Shown piece after piece: positions 54,926-64,000 of a stretch of 64,000 nt of DNA (its first letter is position 1; each line of letters begins with the position of its first letter). The DNA comes from Polyangiaceae bacterium (lineage in GTDB: Bacteria > Myxococcota_A > Polyangia > Polyangiales > Polyangiaceae). The position numbers and the translations under genes were made by a program. The notes under the pieces are model-generated. The model was not told the origin of the DNA and did no database searches. It saw only the letters and a list, made by a program, of their open reading frames with translations. The DNA lies in the NCBI GenBank assembly GCA_965222375.1, contig CBDCTZ010000012.1:160001-224000 (forward strand), written 5' to 3'.

Positions 54926-55774
54926 ATGTCTTCTGATCGATCCCGCGGAGGCCAAAGCGATTCCCCGCCTAGGGACTTGCAGCGCGAGCGGGAGCAGTTT
55001 CTACAGAATTTCACCAAAGGTGGTCGACTCAGTGAAGAGTTCGTGTCCGAGTTAGAGCGAGTCCGCACGCGGATGGAGGAACTGGAGGCAGAAAACGCCG
55101 AGCTGCGCGCGCAGGTCGAAGCGGACGCGGCTGTCGGAGAACTGCTGAAGAAGGTGAAGCACCTCGAGGCCGAGAAGAATGAGCTTCTCTCTCGCACCCA
55201 CAAGGCTGAGGCTGTCTCGACGGAGTTCTCGGAACGCTTCGAAGAAGTGGAATCCGAGTTCGCCAACCTGGCGAACCTCTTCGTCGCCAGCAATCAGCTT
55301 CATGCGAGCCTGTCCCCCCGCGGCGTCATGCGTCGCGTCAAAGAGGTGCTGGCGCAACTGGTGGGGGCAGAGCGCTACTGCATCTACTTGGCTGACCGGG
55401 AGCACGTCCAGCTGGTCCCCGTGGCGTCCGAGGGGCTGCGCGCGGACGAGCTTCAAAATCAGCCCCTCAACGGCGGGCCCCTGGGCAAAGCCTTTGCCTC
55501 CGGAGAAGCCGGGGTCGACGAAGATTCCGACCCGAGTCAGGGCGAGTTGGCCAAGCCAGCGGCCGTGATTCCCCTGGCGGTGGATGACCAAGTTGTCGGG
55601 GTGATTGCGATTTTTTCCACGCTGGCTCAGAAAACCCGATTCGACACCATCGATTTCGAGCTATTCAAGCTACTCGGGCAGCATGCGGCGTCCGCACTCG
55701 TGAGCGCCAGCCTGTACGCCCAAGCAGAGCGCAAGATGCCCGGACTAGAAGCGTTCCTCGATCTCAGTGTGTGA
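54926..55774 (+). CDS. Coiled-coil + GAF domain protein
   Basis: Heptad-rich N-terminus; LANLFVASNQLH..IPL....VVGVIAIF..DFELFKLLGQHAA. Confidence 0.82.
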   Translation: MSSDRSRGGQSDSPPRDLQREREQFLQNFTKGGRLSEEFVSELERVRTRMEELEAENAELRAQVEADAAVGELLKKVKHLEAEKNELLSRTHKAEAVSTEFSERFEEVESEFANLANLFVASNQLHASLSPRGVMRRVKEVLAQLVGAERYCIYLADREHVQLVPVASEGLRADELQNQPLNGGPLGKAFASGEAGVDEDSDPSQGELAKPAAVIPLAVDDQVVGVIAIFSTLAQKTRFDTIDFELFKLLGQHAASALVSASLYAQAERKMPGLEAFLDLSV

Positions 55775-55780
55775 GCTGAC

Positions 55781-56158
55781 ATGGCCGAATACTCCTGCTT
55801 GATAGTCGAAGACTCTCCCATGATGCGTCAGCTGCTCGTATTTGCGCTGGCGCGTGTGAAAAACCTTCGCGTGACCGAGGCCGATGACGGTGTCGACGGG
55901 CTGCGCAAGCTCGCGAGCGCTCGCTACGACATCATCGTGACCGACATCAACATGCCCATCATGGATGGCCTGAAGCTCGTGAAACGGGTGCGCAGCGATC
56001 CGGTTCACAAGGACACACCGATCGTGATCATCACCACCGAGGGGTCCCAAGAGGACCGGCAGCGTGCATTGCAACTCGGGGCCAACGCCTACATCACGAA
56101 GCCCATCCAGGCGCCGCAGGTCATCGCGACCGTCAAAGAGCTGCTGAAGATCGACTGA
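55781..56158 (+). CDS. CheY-like single-domain response regulator
   Basis: VEDS, TDINMP, ITT, ITKP. Confidence 0.93.
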   Translation: MAEYSCLIVEDSPMMRQLLVFALARVKNLRVTEADDGVDGLRKLASARYDIIVTDINMPIMDGLKLVKRVRSDPVHKDTPIVIITTEGSQEDRQRALQLGANAYITKPIQAPQVIATVKELLKID

Positions 56159-56165
56159 GAGCCGC

Positions 56166-58193
56166 CTACTTCAGGCTGCACAGGTCGTGATAGGTCTTGC
56201 CGGGTTCGCAGCCCGACAGTTCTGGAAAGACACACTTGCCCTGATCGCAGTGATTTTCGGCCATGCCGGTACGCAAGAACGTGTCCATTTGGCGCTCCGC
56301 GGCGTCCAGGTCGCGGATCTTGCCATGGGGGTCATCGCAGTAGGACATAGGCTTGTTGCAGCCTGGTTCGGGGGGAAGGCCGAAGGCGTACTCCACGTAG
56401 GCAGAGCCCTTGAAGGGCGCGGCTTTGGACTCGAGGCCCCAGATGCTTCGCACGCCCGTGTCCAGGTGCGTGGCGCCGACCGCCCGCGCCATGATGTGGC
56501 CGCCGAGGGTGGTGACCTGGTGGTCGCCGACGGCTGTGCGCATCAGGACGCTGTGGGGCTTGGTGCCCGGCAGTGGGTCGTTTTCGATGTACGAGGTGTA
56601 GCCATTTGGGTCGACGCGATCCCATAGGGACTGCACCAAGGCCAGCAGCAGCTGCTGGTCGCGGGCGTCCGGAAAGGACTGAGTCATGAAGAAGAAGAAG
56701 GGCAGGAAGTCCACGCTTCGGTTGAGCAAGAAGCTATAGGGCTGACCCATCACTCCCAGCACGCCGCGCTCGACGTCAGGCGTGATGGACATGTAGACGC
56801 CGCCGAAGATGCCGCCCTGGCTGATGCCGTGATAGTAGCGCTCGTCAGGGTTCAGGTACTTGCCGTAGGTCGGGTCCTTGGAAAACCCTCCGCGCATCAG
56901 CTTCATCGCCAGCACGTAGTTCAGCGCGCCTTGGTGCAGCCGCTCGTACATGGCTGTGATGCGATGGAAGTCCCCGGTGCTGAGCACGTCGAGGATGAAG
57001 TAGGGGTCGCCGGTGGACATGCCGACCAGATCGACGGCGAACATGGCGTAGCCGTACTTGTTCATGAACCTGGCGAAATGCCCCGCGCGGATCTGCTCTC
57101 GCGACCCGTTCAATCCGTGGCCATACAGCATCAGTGAGACCGGCTGAGTGAGGGCCTTCTTGGGAATGATGAGTTCGAAGGGCACGTCGTGCATTGGGCT
57201 CTTCGCGTTGGGCTCTGGCATGCCGTCGGCACCAAAGACCAGGCGGGAGCCCGGCTTGTTTTCTTCCAGGTAGAGGGGCACGCGCATCGTGCCTTCGATC
57301 CGAAACGCGATGTCGTCGGGTCGGAACGCCGTGTCCACGCTGTCGATCGTGTACTTGGGCCCATCGGCACCGACCAAGTCGGTGGCCTCGTCCCGCATGT
57401 GCAGGAGCCAACCGGTCGTGTCTTGGCGGCTGGATGTGGTGAAATCCCATGCCAGCCGCACCCTCCCCCGCGGCATGTCGGCATCCGCGAGGCGCTTGAA
57501 GATGTCCTCATAGAGCCCCCGGCGCCCAGTCACGTCGGCGTCGTCGAAGGATTCACGATCCCTGAGCGCGCGAAAGGCGGCGTTCGGCTCCAGCGTGCCG
57601 GTCTCGGTCGTGAGTTCGCCCAGGGCGACGATGTAGCGCCGGGCGTCGGCCAGGCGTACGACCGGGCGCAGCACCAAGCTGCGCGTATCGTCGTCCGGTC
57701 GCGACAGATCCAGCTCGGCAAAGTGGGCCACGCGCTTTCCCGTGACCGTGTCCAAGATCACGGTGGGGGACCCGGCCTCCAGGGACTTTTCGGGCTCATC
57801 GGCGGTCACCAAGCCCTCGGAGGTGACGCCGGGCAGGTGTACCAGAATCGGTCCACCCGGCGAGAAGCCGTCACGGGTGTTGACGGGATCGGCGACCACC
57901 GCTTCGCCGGACGTGGGCTTGGGAAGTGAACTGTCGGCAAGGGCGAGACGCAGGCCGGTCTGGCTGCTGTCGTCGGGGCGAGTGAAGACGTTGGAGGGGT
58001 AGGGGTGTAGGCAAAACGCCGGCGCGATGGGATCACATTCGAGGGTGGGCCAGGTCAGGGTCGACGGGATCTTCACGTCGATGCTCTGGCTGGACTCGCC
58101 GTCCCCGCAAGCCAAGGTCAGCGTCGAGAGCAGGACCGCAAGTGCGTAGCGGCGAGCCCCGCTCCAGGAGTGCAAGAGAGTCGAAATCTGCAT
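56166..58193 (-). CDS. Alpha/beta-hydrolase (lipase-like) lipoprotein
   Basis: TLAC lipobox, DGFSP, YGHGL, GISQGG nucleophile elbow, GDHQV, DPH; start placed at 58193. Confidence 0.75.
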   Translation of the reverse strand: MQISTLLHSWSGARRYALAVLLSTLTLACGDGESSQSIDVKIPSTLTWPTLECDPIAPAFCLHPYPSNVFTRPDDSSQTGLRLALADSSLPKPTSGEAVVADPVNTRDGFSPGGPILVHLPGVTSEGLVTADEPEKSLEAGSPTVILDTVTGKRVAHFAELDLSRPDDDTRSLVLRPVVRLADARRYIVALGELTTETGTLEPNAAFRALRDRESFDDADVTGRRGLYEDIFKRLADADMPRGRVRLAWDFTTSSRQDTTGWLLHMRDEATDLVGADGPKYTIDSVDTAFRPDDIAFRIEGTMRVPLYLEENKPGSRLVFGADGMPEPNAKSPMHDVPFELIIPKKALTQPVSLMLYGHGLNGSREQIRAGHFARFMNKYGYAMFAVDLVGMSTGDPYFILDVLSTGDFHRITAMYERLHQGALNYVLAMKLMRGGFSKDPTYGKYLNPDERYYHGISQGGIFGGVYMSITPDVERGVLGVMGQPYSFLLNRSVDFLPFFFFMTQSFPDARDQQLLLALVQSLWDRVDPNGYTSYIENDPLPGTKPHSVLMRTAVGDHQVTTLGGHIMARAVGATHLDTGVRSIWGLESKAAPFKGSAYVEYAFGLPPEPGCNKPMSYCDDPHGKIRDLDAAERQMDTFLRTGMAENHCDQGKCVFPELSGCEPGKTYHDLCSLK

Positions 58194-58286
58194 GGCGACG
58201 GCGCGAGGGGCTGCGGTTGCCCGCGGCGGCACCTTAGACCACGTCCGCGGGCGCGTATTATGCCAGACTACGCAGCTCTGAGCGTC

Positions 58287-58910
58287 GTGAGTTTGTGGAT
58301 AAAGATTTGTGGACTGCGGACCCCTGACGACGTCAGCGCGGTGGTTGATGCCGGCGCGGATGCCATCGGCATCAACCTGATTCCGGCGTCCCCGCGTTTC
58401 GTCGAGGAGCAAGCCATCGAACCGCTTCTGGTTGCTGCGCAGGAGTTGGACAAGATTGCGGTGGTTGCCGACCGGGAGCCAGAGGAGCTCCGGCAGCTGC
58501 TGCGCCGACATTCCTTCGATCGGGTCCAGCTGCATGGCTCCGAGACCCGGCAAACCCTGGCCGAGCTCGGCGAGCGCTTTTTCAAAGCGCTGCGCCTGGG
58601 CAGCGAAGAGGACGCGAGGGAAGCTCTCAGCTGGCCTGGCGAGCCGCTGCTGGTGGATGCCAAGGTTCCGGGACGGCTTGGTGGCACCGGGCAGATGGTC
58701 CCTGAGGGACTGGTGGTCGAGCTGGCCCGTCATCGCAAGATCATCCTGGCGGGGGGGCTTACAGAGGATAATGTTGGGCAGCGCGTTGCCGTGGTACGCC
58801 CGCACGGAGTCGACGTGGCGAGCGGCGTGGAATCGAGCCCTGGCGTGAAGAACAGAACGAAGATCGCGCGCTTCGTGAGGCGCGCCAGAGAGGCGGTGGA
58901 GCTGCCATGA
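58287..58910 (+). CDS. trpF: Phosphoribosylanthranilate isomerase
   Basis: IKICG, SPR, VQLHG, GGTG, LAGGL, VDVASGVE. Confidence 0.93.
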   Translation: MSLWIKICGLRTPDDVSAVVDAGADAIGINLIPASPRFVEEQAIEPLLVAAQELDKIAVVADREPEELRQLLRRHSFDRVQLHGSETRQTLAELGERFFKALRLGSEEDAREALSWPGEPLLVDAKVPGRLGGTGQMVPEGLVVELARHRKIILAGGLTEDNVGQRVAVVRPHGVDVASGVESSPGVKNRTKIARFVRRAREAVELP

Positions 58911-59467
58911 CCCGCTTCGGCGTCCTGGTGGCGTGTCTGGGCTTCGGTTGCAGCTCTCCAAGCCTCACCGGGGGCGGGACCATCCCCGCTCGGCAGCCCA
59001 TCGTCGGCAAGATCCTCCAGACCCACGTGGCCAAAGATTGCGTCGACAGCAAACAGGCGCCGGTGCCATTTCAGCGGTCGGTGATCCTCGTGCAGCGTGA
59101 CGACGGAAAGCGCGTCGTGCTGTCACGTCAGGGCGGCGACGACTATCTAGCAATCGAAAACCAACACACCGTCGGCAAAGAGGTGGCCTATCAAGCCACC
59201 ATCGCACCCGCCGGCGGCCCTGCGATCTTGCACGACTATCGGTTTCCGGTCGATGGCGGGCGGCCCCACTTCGTATTGACGGATGTGTATACCGAGCGCG
59301 ACACCCCGACGGGCTTCGTGGCGTCAGCAGGGCGTCCAGCTGTCGCTTGTTGGCTGTCTCCCGTGGACGACGGACCCAAGCCCGATCCAGACGCGCTACG
59401 CCCCGACCAAGTCGGTCCGCAGCCTCCGGAAGAGACTCCTGCGCCAAAGGAGAATTCTACGCCATGA
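58907..59467 (+). CDS. Hypothetical lipoprotein within the trp operon
   Basis: GFGC lipobox; ATGA overlaps with trpF and trpB. Confidence 0.65.
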   Translation: MTRFGVLVACLGFGCSSPSLTGGGTIPARQPIVGKILQTHVAKDCVDSKQAPVPFQRSVILVQRDDGKRVVLSRQGGDDYLAIENQHTVGKEVAYQATIAPAGGPAILHDYRFPVDGGRPHFVLTDVYTERDTPTGFVASAGRPAVACWLSPVDDGPKPDPDALRPDQVGPQPPEETPAPKENSTP

Positions 59468-60656
59468 GTGGCCTGGGTTACTTCGGCCACTTCGGAGGAC
59501 GGTTCGTAGCGGAAACCCTGGTTCCGGCCCTTGAGGAGCTCGACGCAGCCCGGCTTAGCATCGTTGGCTCCGAAGCGTTTCAGCGCAAGTGGCGTGAGCT
59601 GTTGCGCCACTACGTGGGGCGCCCGACGCCCCTATCCGACGCCGGGCGGCTCTGCGCAGATCTGGGCACGGATGATGTCGCGCTGTTGGCCCTCAAGCGA
59701 GAAGACCTGTGTCACACCGGCGCCCACAAGATCAACAACGCCCTTGGTCAGGTGCTCCTGGCCAAGGAGCTCGGCAAGACGCGGATCATTGCCGAGACCG
59801 GCGCCGGGCAACACGGCGTCGCAACCGCCACGGCGGCAGCGGTGCTCGAATTGCCCTGCGAGGTCTACATGGGGGAAGAAGACGTGGCACGCCAAGCTCC
59901 CAACGTGCTTCGCATGCGGATGCTCGGCGCCAGCGTCGTTCCGGTACAGAGCGGATCGCGCACGCTCAAAGACGCCATGAACGAGGCGCTCAGGGGACTG
60001 GGTCACGAATGTGCGCACCACTCACTACTGCGTCGGATCTGCCGCGGGCCCGCACCCGTATCCGACGTTGGTGGCGGATCTCCAGCGGGTGATCGGTGAC
60101 GAGGCGCGTCTGCAATGGGCCGAGCGCTTTGGTGGGTTGCCTGACAGCGTTGTCGCCTGCGTGGGGGGCGGCTCGAACGCTATCGGGATCTTCCGCGCGT
60201 TCATGGATGACGATGTGGCCCTGTTCGGAGTGGAAGCAGCCGGTAGTGGACTGCAAACCGAGCGGCATGCGGCGACCCTCACGCAGGGCAAGACGGGCGT
60301 GCTGCACGGGGCGAAGACCCTGGTCTTGTCCGATGCAGATGGCCAGATCCTGGAAGCTCACTCCGTGAGTGCGGGGCTGGACTACCCCGGGGTTGGGCCA
60401 GAGCATGCGGCCCTCCAGGCCAGCGGGCGGGCACACTATCTCGCGGTGGACGACGAAGCGGCGCTCTCGGCGGCACATCAGGTTGCGCGCACCGAGGGGA
60501 TCTTGATCGCGCTTGAAACGGCTCACGCTTTTCGCGGCGCTTCCTCAGATCGCCGCTCGCGAAGCGAAGCGTCTGGGTCGAGCCGCGAAGATCTTGGTCT
60601 GCTTGTCGGGGCGCGGGGACAAGGATCTCGAGACGCTGACGGAGCGAATGACGTGA
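59464..60656 (+). pseudogene. trpB: Tryptophan synthase beta chain with two +1 frameshifts (sequencing error or pseudogene)
   Basis: [47 protein letters not shown] lie in three frames; extra G at 59993-59996 and extra T at 60529-60532. Confidence 0.88.
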
Positions 60657-61465
60657 CTGCGGCACGCATCGACGACTGCATGGCGACGTGCAAAGGGGCG
60701 GGGCGTCCAGCCCTCATCATCTATCTGACCATCGGTGATCCATCCGTGGCCGACTCGCTGGCCTGCGCCCGGGCGGCCCTCGATGCGGGCGCGGACATAC
60801 TCGAGCTAGGCGTGCCCTTTTCAGACCCGTCCGCGGATGGGCCCACGATTGCCGACGCAAGTCGTCGCGCCATCGCCGGCGGCGGCAGCCTGCGAGCGGC
60901 TCTCGATGTGGCCCGACAACTGCGCGAAAGCTCCCAAGCTTCATTGGTGTTGTTCACCTACATGAATCCCGTCATCAGTTTTGGCGAGGCGGAGCTGCCC
61001 CGGGCAGCGGCGGCGGCGGGTATCGACGCGCTATTGATCGTGGACTTGCCGCCGGAAGAGGGGCAGGCGTTGCGCAGCGCGGCAGCGGGGGAAGAGCTCG
61101 CGGTGATTCCCTTGCTGGCGCCTACGACACCGCCCGAGCGCATGGCCATGTTGGCAAAGAGCGGGCGCGGCTTCGCCTACTACGTGTCGGTCACCGGAGT
61201 GACGGGCAGCAAACAAGTCCCGCTGGAGGCGGCTGCGCAGGCGGCCACCTCCCTTTCCCGAGAGCATGGCCTGCCCGTCGTGGTCGGTTTCGGCATCGAC
61301 TCCGCCGACAAGGCCGGGGAATTAGCTCGGGCGGGCGTGGATGGCGTGGTGGTAGGCAGTGCCGTGGTTCGGAAGATCGCGGCCGGCAGCGACGCCGAGT
61401 CGCGGGCGGCCAATACGCGCGGCTTGGTTGCCGAACTCAGCGCTGCACTGGAAGGGTCCCGGTAA
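60653..61465 (+). CDS. trpA: Tryptophan synthase alpha chain
   Basis: [41 protein letters not shown] start overlaps the restored trpB stop. Confidence 0.93.
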   Translation: MTAARIDDCMATCKGAGRPALIIYLTIGDPSVADSLACARAALDAGADILELGVPFSDPSADGPTIADASRRAIAGGGSLRAALDVARQLRESSQASLVLFTYMNPVISFGEAELPRAAAAAGIDALLIVDLPPEEGQALRSAAAGEELAVIPLLAPTTPPERMAMLAKSGRGFAYYVSVTGVTGSKQVPLEAAAQAATSLSREHGLPVVVGFGIDSADKAGELARAGVDGVVVGSAVVRKIAAGSDAESRAANTRGLVAELSAALEGSR

Positions 61466-61467
61466 CA

Positions 61468-62427
61468 GTGATGTCAAAGCGGTGCTGGTCGCTCGCGTGT
61501 TTGTGCTTGCTGCTTTTCGCATGCGAGCGAAGTTCGAAGCCATCTGCTGGTAAGTCCTCCCTGGTATCCCCGACGAGCTCCAGCTCAGCTGCCTCGCGAG
61601 CGGCCGGCAAGGCCAGCGCGACGGCGCGGCCCGCAAAGCCGCTGCCCAAAGACCCGATGAAGTTGGGGCCGCTGCCGGTTCCGGAACCCCCAGGGCTTTC
61701 GAAGCGGCCCCTCGTTGCCGTCTACGAGCACGATCCCTGGGCCATGGTGATTGGCTCCGACGTCCCCAGTTTCGTGCTCTACGCGAACGGCAGTGTCATC
61801 ACCTCGCCCCAAGCGGGCGAAGCGCCGGGGCGCGTGGCGGGCACGATCAGCGAAGCCGACAAGTTTGCCACCGATGTTCATGAGTTGCTGAAGGCGGAGC
61901 CCGAGCGCCGGTCGCTCAGTCTGACTACGGATCAGGCCAACACGGTATTCTTGGTTCGCACGGATGCGGGTTGGATCTACCGCTCCGTCTACGGCATGAC
62001 TCGAGGCTGCAAACCGACCCAGCAAGATGCCAAGCCCGTGCCGGCTGCTATCCGTTCGGTGTGTTCCAAGATCGAGGCCCTGAATGTTTCCGGGCGAGGC
62101 CCATGGGTGCCACAGAAAATCGAAGTCATGCGCTGGGGGTTCGAGCATTCACGACTCAAACCGAGGCCCTGGCCAGCGTCGGTGCCCGCACCGCCGCCAG
62201 GCGCTCCGCCGAAGTCCGGCGTGAAGAGTCACTTCATCGACGCCAAACACCGCGACTCCCTCAAGGCGTTCCTCGCTTCCTTGAAGCAGAGCCAGGCCGT
62301 TGGCCATGCCGGGCACAAGTGGTCCGTGCGACAGCGCGCCGTCGTTCCAGCTGATCGCTACCTCGCGAAGGTGCGGCGTACCGCTCAGATCCGCTACGCG
62401 CGTGAGTTCAGCCGCAGAAAGCCGTAG
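61468..62427 (+). CDS. Hypothetical lipoprotein
   Basis: LFAC lipobox, Ser/Ala/Pro linker. Confidence 0.65.
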   Translation: MMSKRCWSLACLCLLLFACERSSKPSAGKSSLVSPTSSSSAASRAAGKASATARPAKPLPKDPMKLGPLPVPEPPGLSKRPLVAVYEHDPWAMVIGSDVPSFVLYANGSVITSPQAGEAPGRVAGTISEADKFATDVHELLKAEPERRSLSLTTDQANTVFLVRTDAGWIYRSVYGMTRGCKPTQQDAKPVPAAIRSVCSKIEALNVSGRGPWVPQKIEVMRWGFEHSRLKPRPWPASVPAPPPGAPPKSGVKSHFIDAKHRDSLKAFLASLKQSQAVGHAGHKWSVRQRAVVPADRYLAKVRRTAQIRYAREFSRRKP

Positions 62428-62642
62428 CGCCGCGCTCCGGAGCCCGTTGCGAGATTAGGGGCCCAGCGCCGCCCCAGCGCTCACCCCTTCGGGCATCGCG
62501 AAGCGCGTCACAAACGCGTCGACCCCAAACCATAGTCGAAGTGGAAGCGTAGCTTGGTCTGATGTCAGCTCCTCGAAGCGCCCTAGGGATCGATTCATCA
62601 CGGGCGCCGATTGGAGCGCAAGTGGCGAAGAACGCGGTGTCC

Positions 62643-64000
62643 CTACTCCGCCGGTGCGGGTTTTGGAGCCGCAGGGGCCGGTGCCGGGGGTCCCTCGGAA
62701 TGGATGCGCATGCGGTAAAAGCTGCGCCATACGAAGACCAGGGTGACGACGAAGAAGACGGCGGCAAGTATCGTACTCGTTTCCCGGCCCAGCTGCAGCG
62801 CCAGCTCGACCGCCAGCAAGCCGAACAGGGTCGTGAACTTGATCACCGGGTTCATGGCCACGCTGCTCGTGTCCTTGAAGGGGTCCCCAACGGTGTCGCC
62901 GACGATGGTGGCATCGTGAAGCTCCGAGCCCTTCTCCTTCAACTCCACTTCGACGATCTTCTTGGCGTTGTCCCATGCGCCACCCGAGTTTGCGAGGAAC
63001 AGCGCCTGAAACAACCCAAAGAGAGCGATGCTGATCAGGTAGCCGACGAAGAAGAAGGGTTCGGCGCAGGCGAAGGCCAAGGTGCCGAAGAAGATGGCTA
63101 GGAAGATGTTGAACATGCCTCTTTGCGCGTAGTTGGTGCAGATTTCCACCACCCGCTTGCTGTCTTCGATGTTGGCTTTCTCTTCGCCATCGAGGCGAAT
63201 GTTCCTCTTGATGAACTCAACGGCGCGATAGGCGCCTGTGGTCACGGCTTGCGTGGAAGCGCCCGTGAACCAGAAGATCATCGCGCCACCCGCGATCAGG
63301 CCCAGGAGGAACGGTGGATGCAAGACCGAGAGCTGCGCGAGGTTTTCCCTGAGGCCGCTGGTCAAGACCACGATGATGCTGAAGATCATCGTGGTCGCGC
63401 CCACCACCGCAGTGCCGATCAGCACAGGCTTGGCCGTTGCTTTGAAGGTGTTGCCCGCCCCGTCGTTTTCCTCGAGCATGTGCTTGGCGCGATCCCAGGA
63501 CACATTGACGGAGAAGTCCTTTTGTAGCTGCTCTTCCACGTCTTCGATCTGCTCGATCATCGAAAGCTCGTAGACGCTTTGGGCGTTGTCGGTGACTGGG
63601 CCGTAGCTGTCCACAGCGATGGTCACGGGACCCATGCCCAAGAAACCAAAGGCCACCAACCCGAAGGCGAAAACCGCGGGGGCCAACATGAGCTCGGCCA
63701 GGCCGAGGCTGGCCACGTAGTAGCTGGTGCCCATCAGCACCATCAGCACGATCCCCATCCAGAAGGCGCTGAAGTTGCCTGCGGTCATGCCCGAAAGGAT
63801 GTTCAAAGACGCGCCGCCTTCTCTCGCCGACGTCACGACTTCATCCACATGCTTGCTTCCCGTGGAAGTGAACACCTTGATCAGCTCGGGAATCACCGCG
63901 CCGGCCAGGGTGCCGCAACTGATGATGACACTCAGCTTCCACCACAAGCTGGGGTCGCCGCCCAATTCCGGGATCAGCAAGTACGACACCAAGAAGGTCA
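62643..64000 (-). CDS. hppA: Membrane-integral H+/Na+-translocating pyrophosphatase (5'-truncated)
   Basis: DSYGPVTDNA, GNTFKATAK, GGAWDNAKK, GDTVGDPFKDTS. Confidence 0.95.
   Translation of the reverse strand, partial: TFLVSYLLIPELGGDPSLWWKLSVIISCGTLAGAVIPELIKVFTSTGSKHVDEVVTSAREGGASLNILSGMTAGNFSAFWMGIVLMVLMGTSYYVASLGLAELMLAPAVFAFGLVAFGFLGMGPVTIAVDSYGPVTDNAQSVYELSMIEQIEDVEEQLQKDFSVNVSWDRAKHMLEENDGAGNTFKATAKPVLIGTAVVGATTMIFSIIVVLTSGLRENLAQLSVLHPPFLLGLIAGGAMIFWFTGASTQAVTTGAYRAVEFIKRNIRLDGEEKANIEDSKRVVEICTNYAQRGMFNIFLAIFFGTLAFACAEPFFFVGYLISIALFGLFQALFLANSGGAWDNAKKIVEVELKEKGSELHDATIVGDTVGDPFKDTSSVAMNPVIKFTTLFGLLAVELALQLGRETSTILAAVFFVVTLVFVWRSFYRMRIHSEGPPAPAPAAPKPAPAE

Noticed and set aside
58294..58302. 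DnaA box TGTGGATAA
   Set aside because: Falls within trpF codons (LWIK); probably coincidental
58194..58961. N-terminal 256 aa of the 931-aa minus ORF
   Set aside because: Antisense to trpF; the signal peptide/lipobox begins after 58193
60011..61465. Genuine TrpB-TrpA fusion protein
   Set aside because: Explained by a single extra T at 60529-60532; the normal TrpB C-terminus is in the adjacent frame

Overview
GC-rich chromosomal window, most likely from a Myxococcota (Polyangiales-like) bacterium. The taxon is inferred from a MYXO-CTERM-like tail, many Cys-lipoproteins, a mevalonate pathway and a split nuo operon. Gene content left to right: partial OmpA/TSP3 lipoprotein and DUF4398-like lipoprotein; a repeat-containing intergenic region; lexA; cNMP-binding protein; exbB-exbD-tonB; 5'-nucleotidase; dipeptide epimerase; lipoproteins; GATase; an acyl-CoA dehydrogenase pair; TerB-like; ychF; TauE; DUF2752; vWA/MYXO-CTERM protein; ABC-type ATPase; Zn-ribbon/poly-Pro membrane protein; nuoEF-JKLMN (NuoL carries a PKD-like extension); hisC; a mevalonate/isoprenoid cluster (class II HMG-CoA reductase, PMK, mvaD, mvk, short-chain prenyl synthase, type 2 IDI). 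A ~13 kb nearly mirror-symmetric membrane cluster follows: two membrane-fused spermidine-synthase-like SAM enzymes, two TMTC-like GT-C proteins, a YfhO-like GT-C protein, a geranylgeranyl reductase and a UbiA prenyltransferase. The window ends with GAF-CheY, a lipase-like lipoprotein, trpF-orf-trpB (two single-base frameshifts)-trpA and a partial membrane pyrophosphatase. The best candidate for an undescribed system is the 41-54 kb cluster next to the mevalonate genes, possibly an isoprenoid-carrier-dependent envelope glycosylation/methylation or unusual lipid pathway. No rRNA, tRNA, CRISPR or mobile element was recognised. All assignments come from reading motifs by eye; no searches were run.
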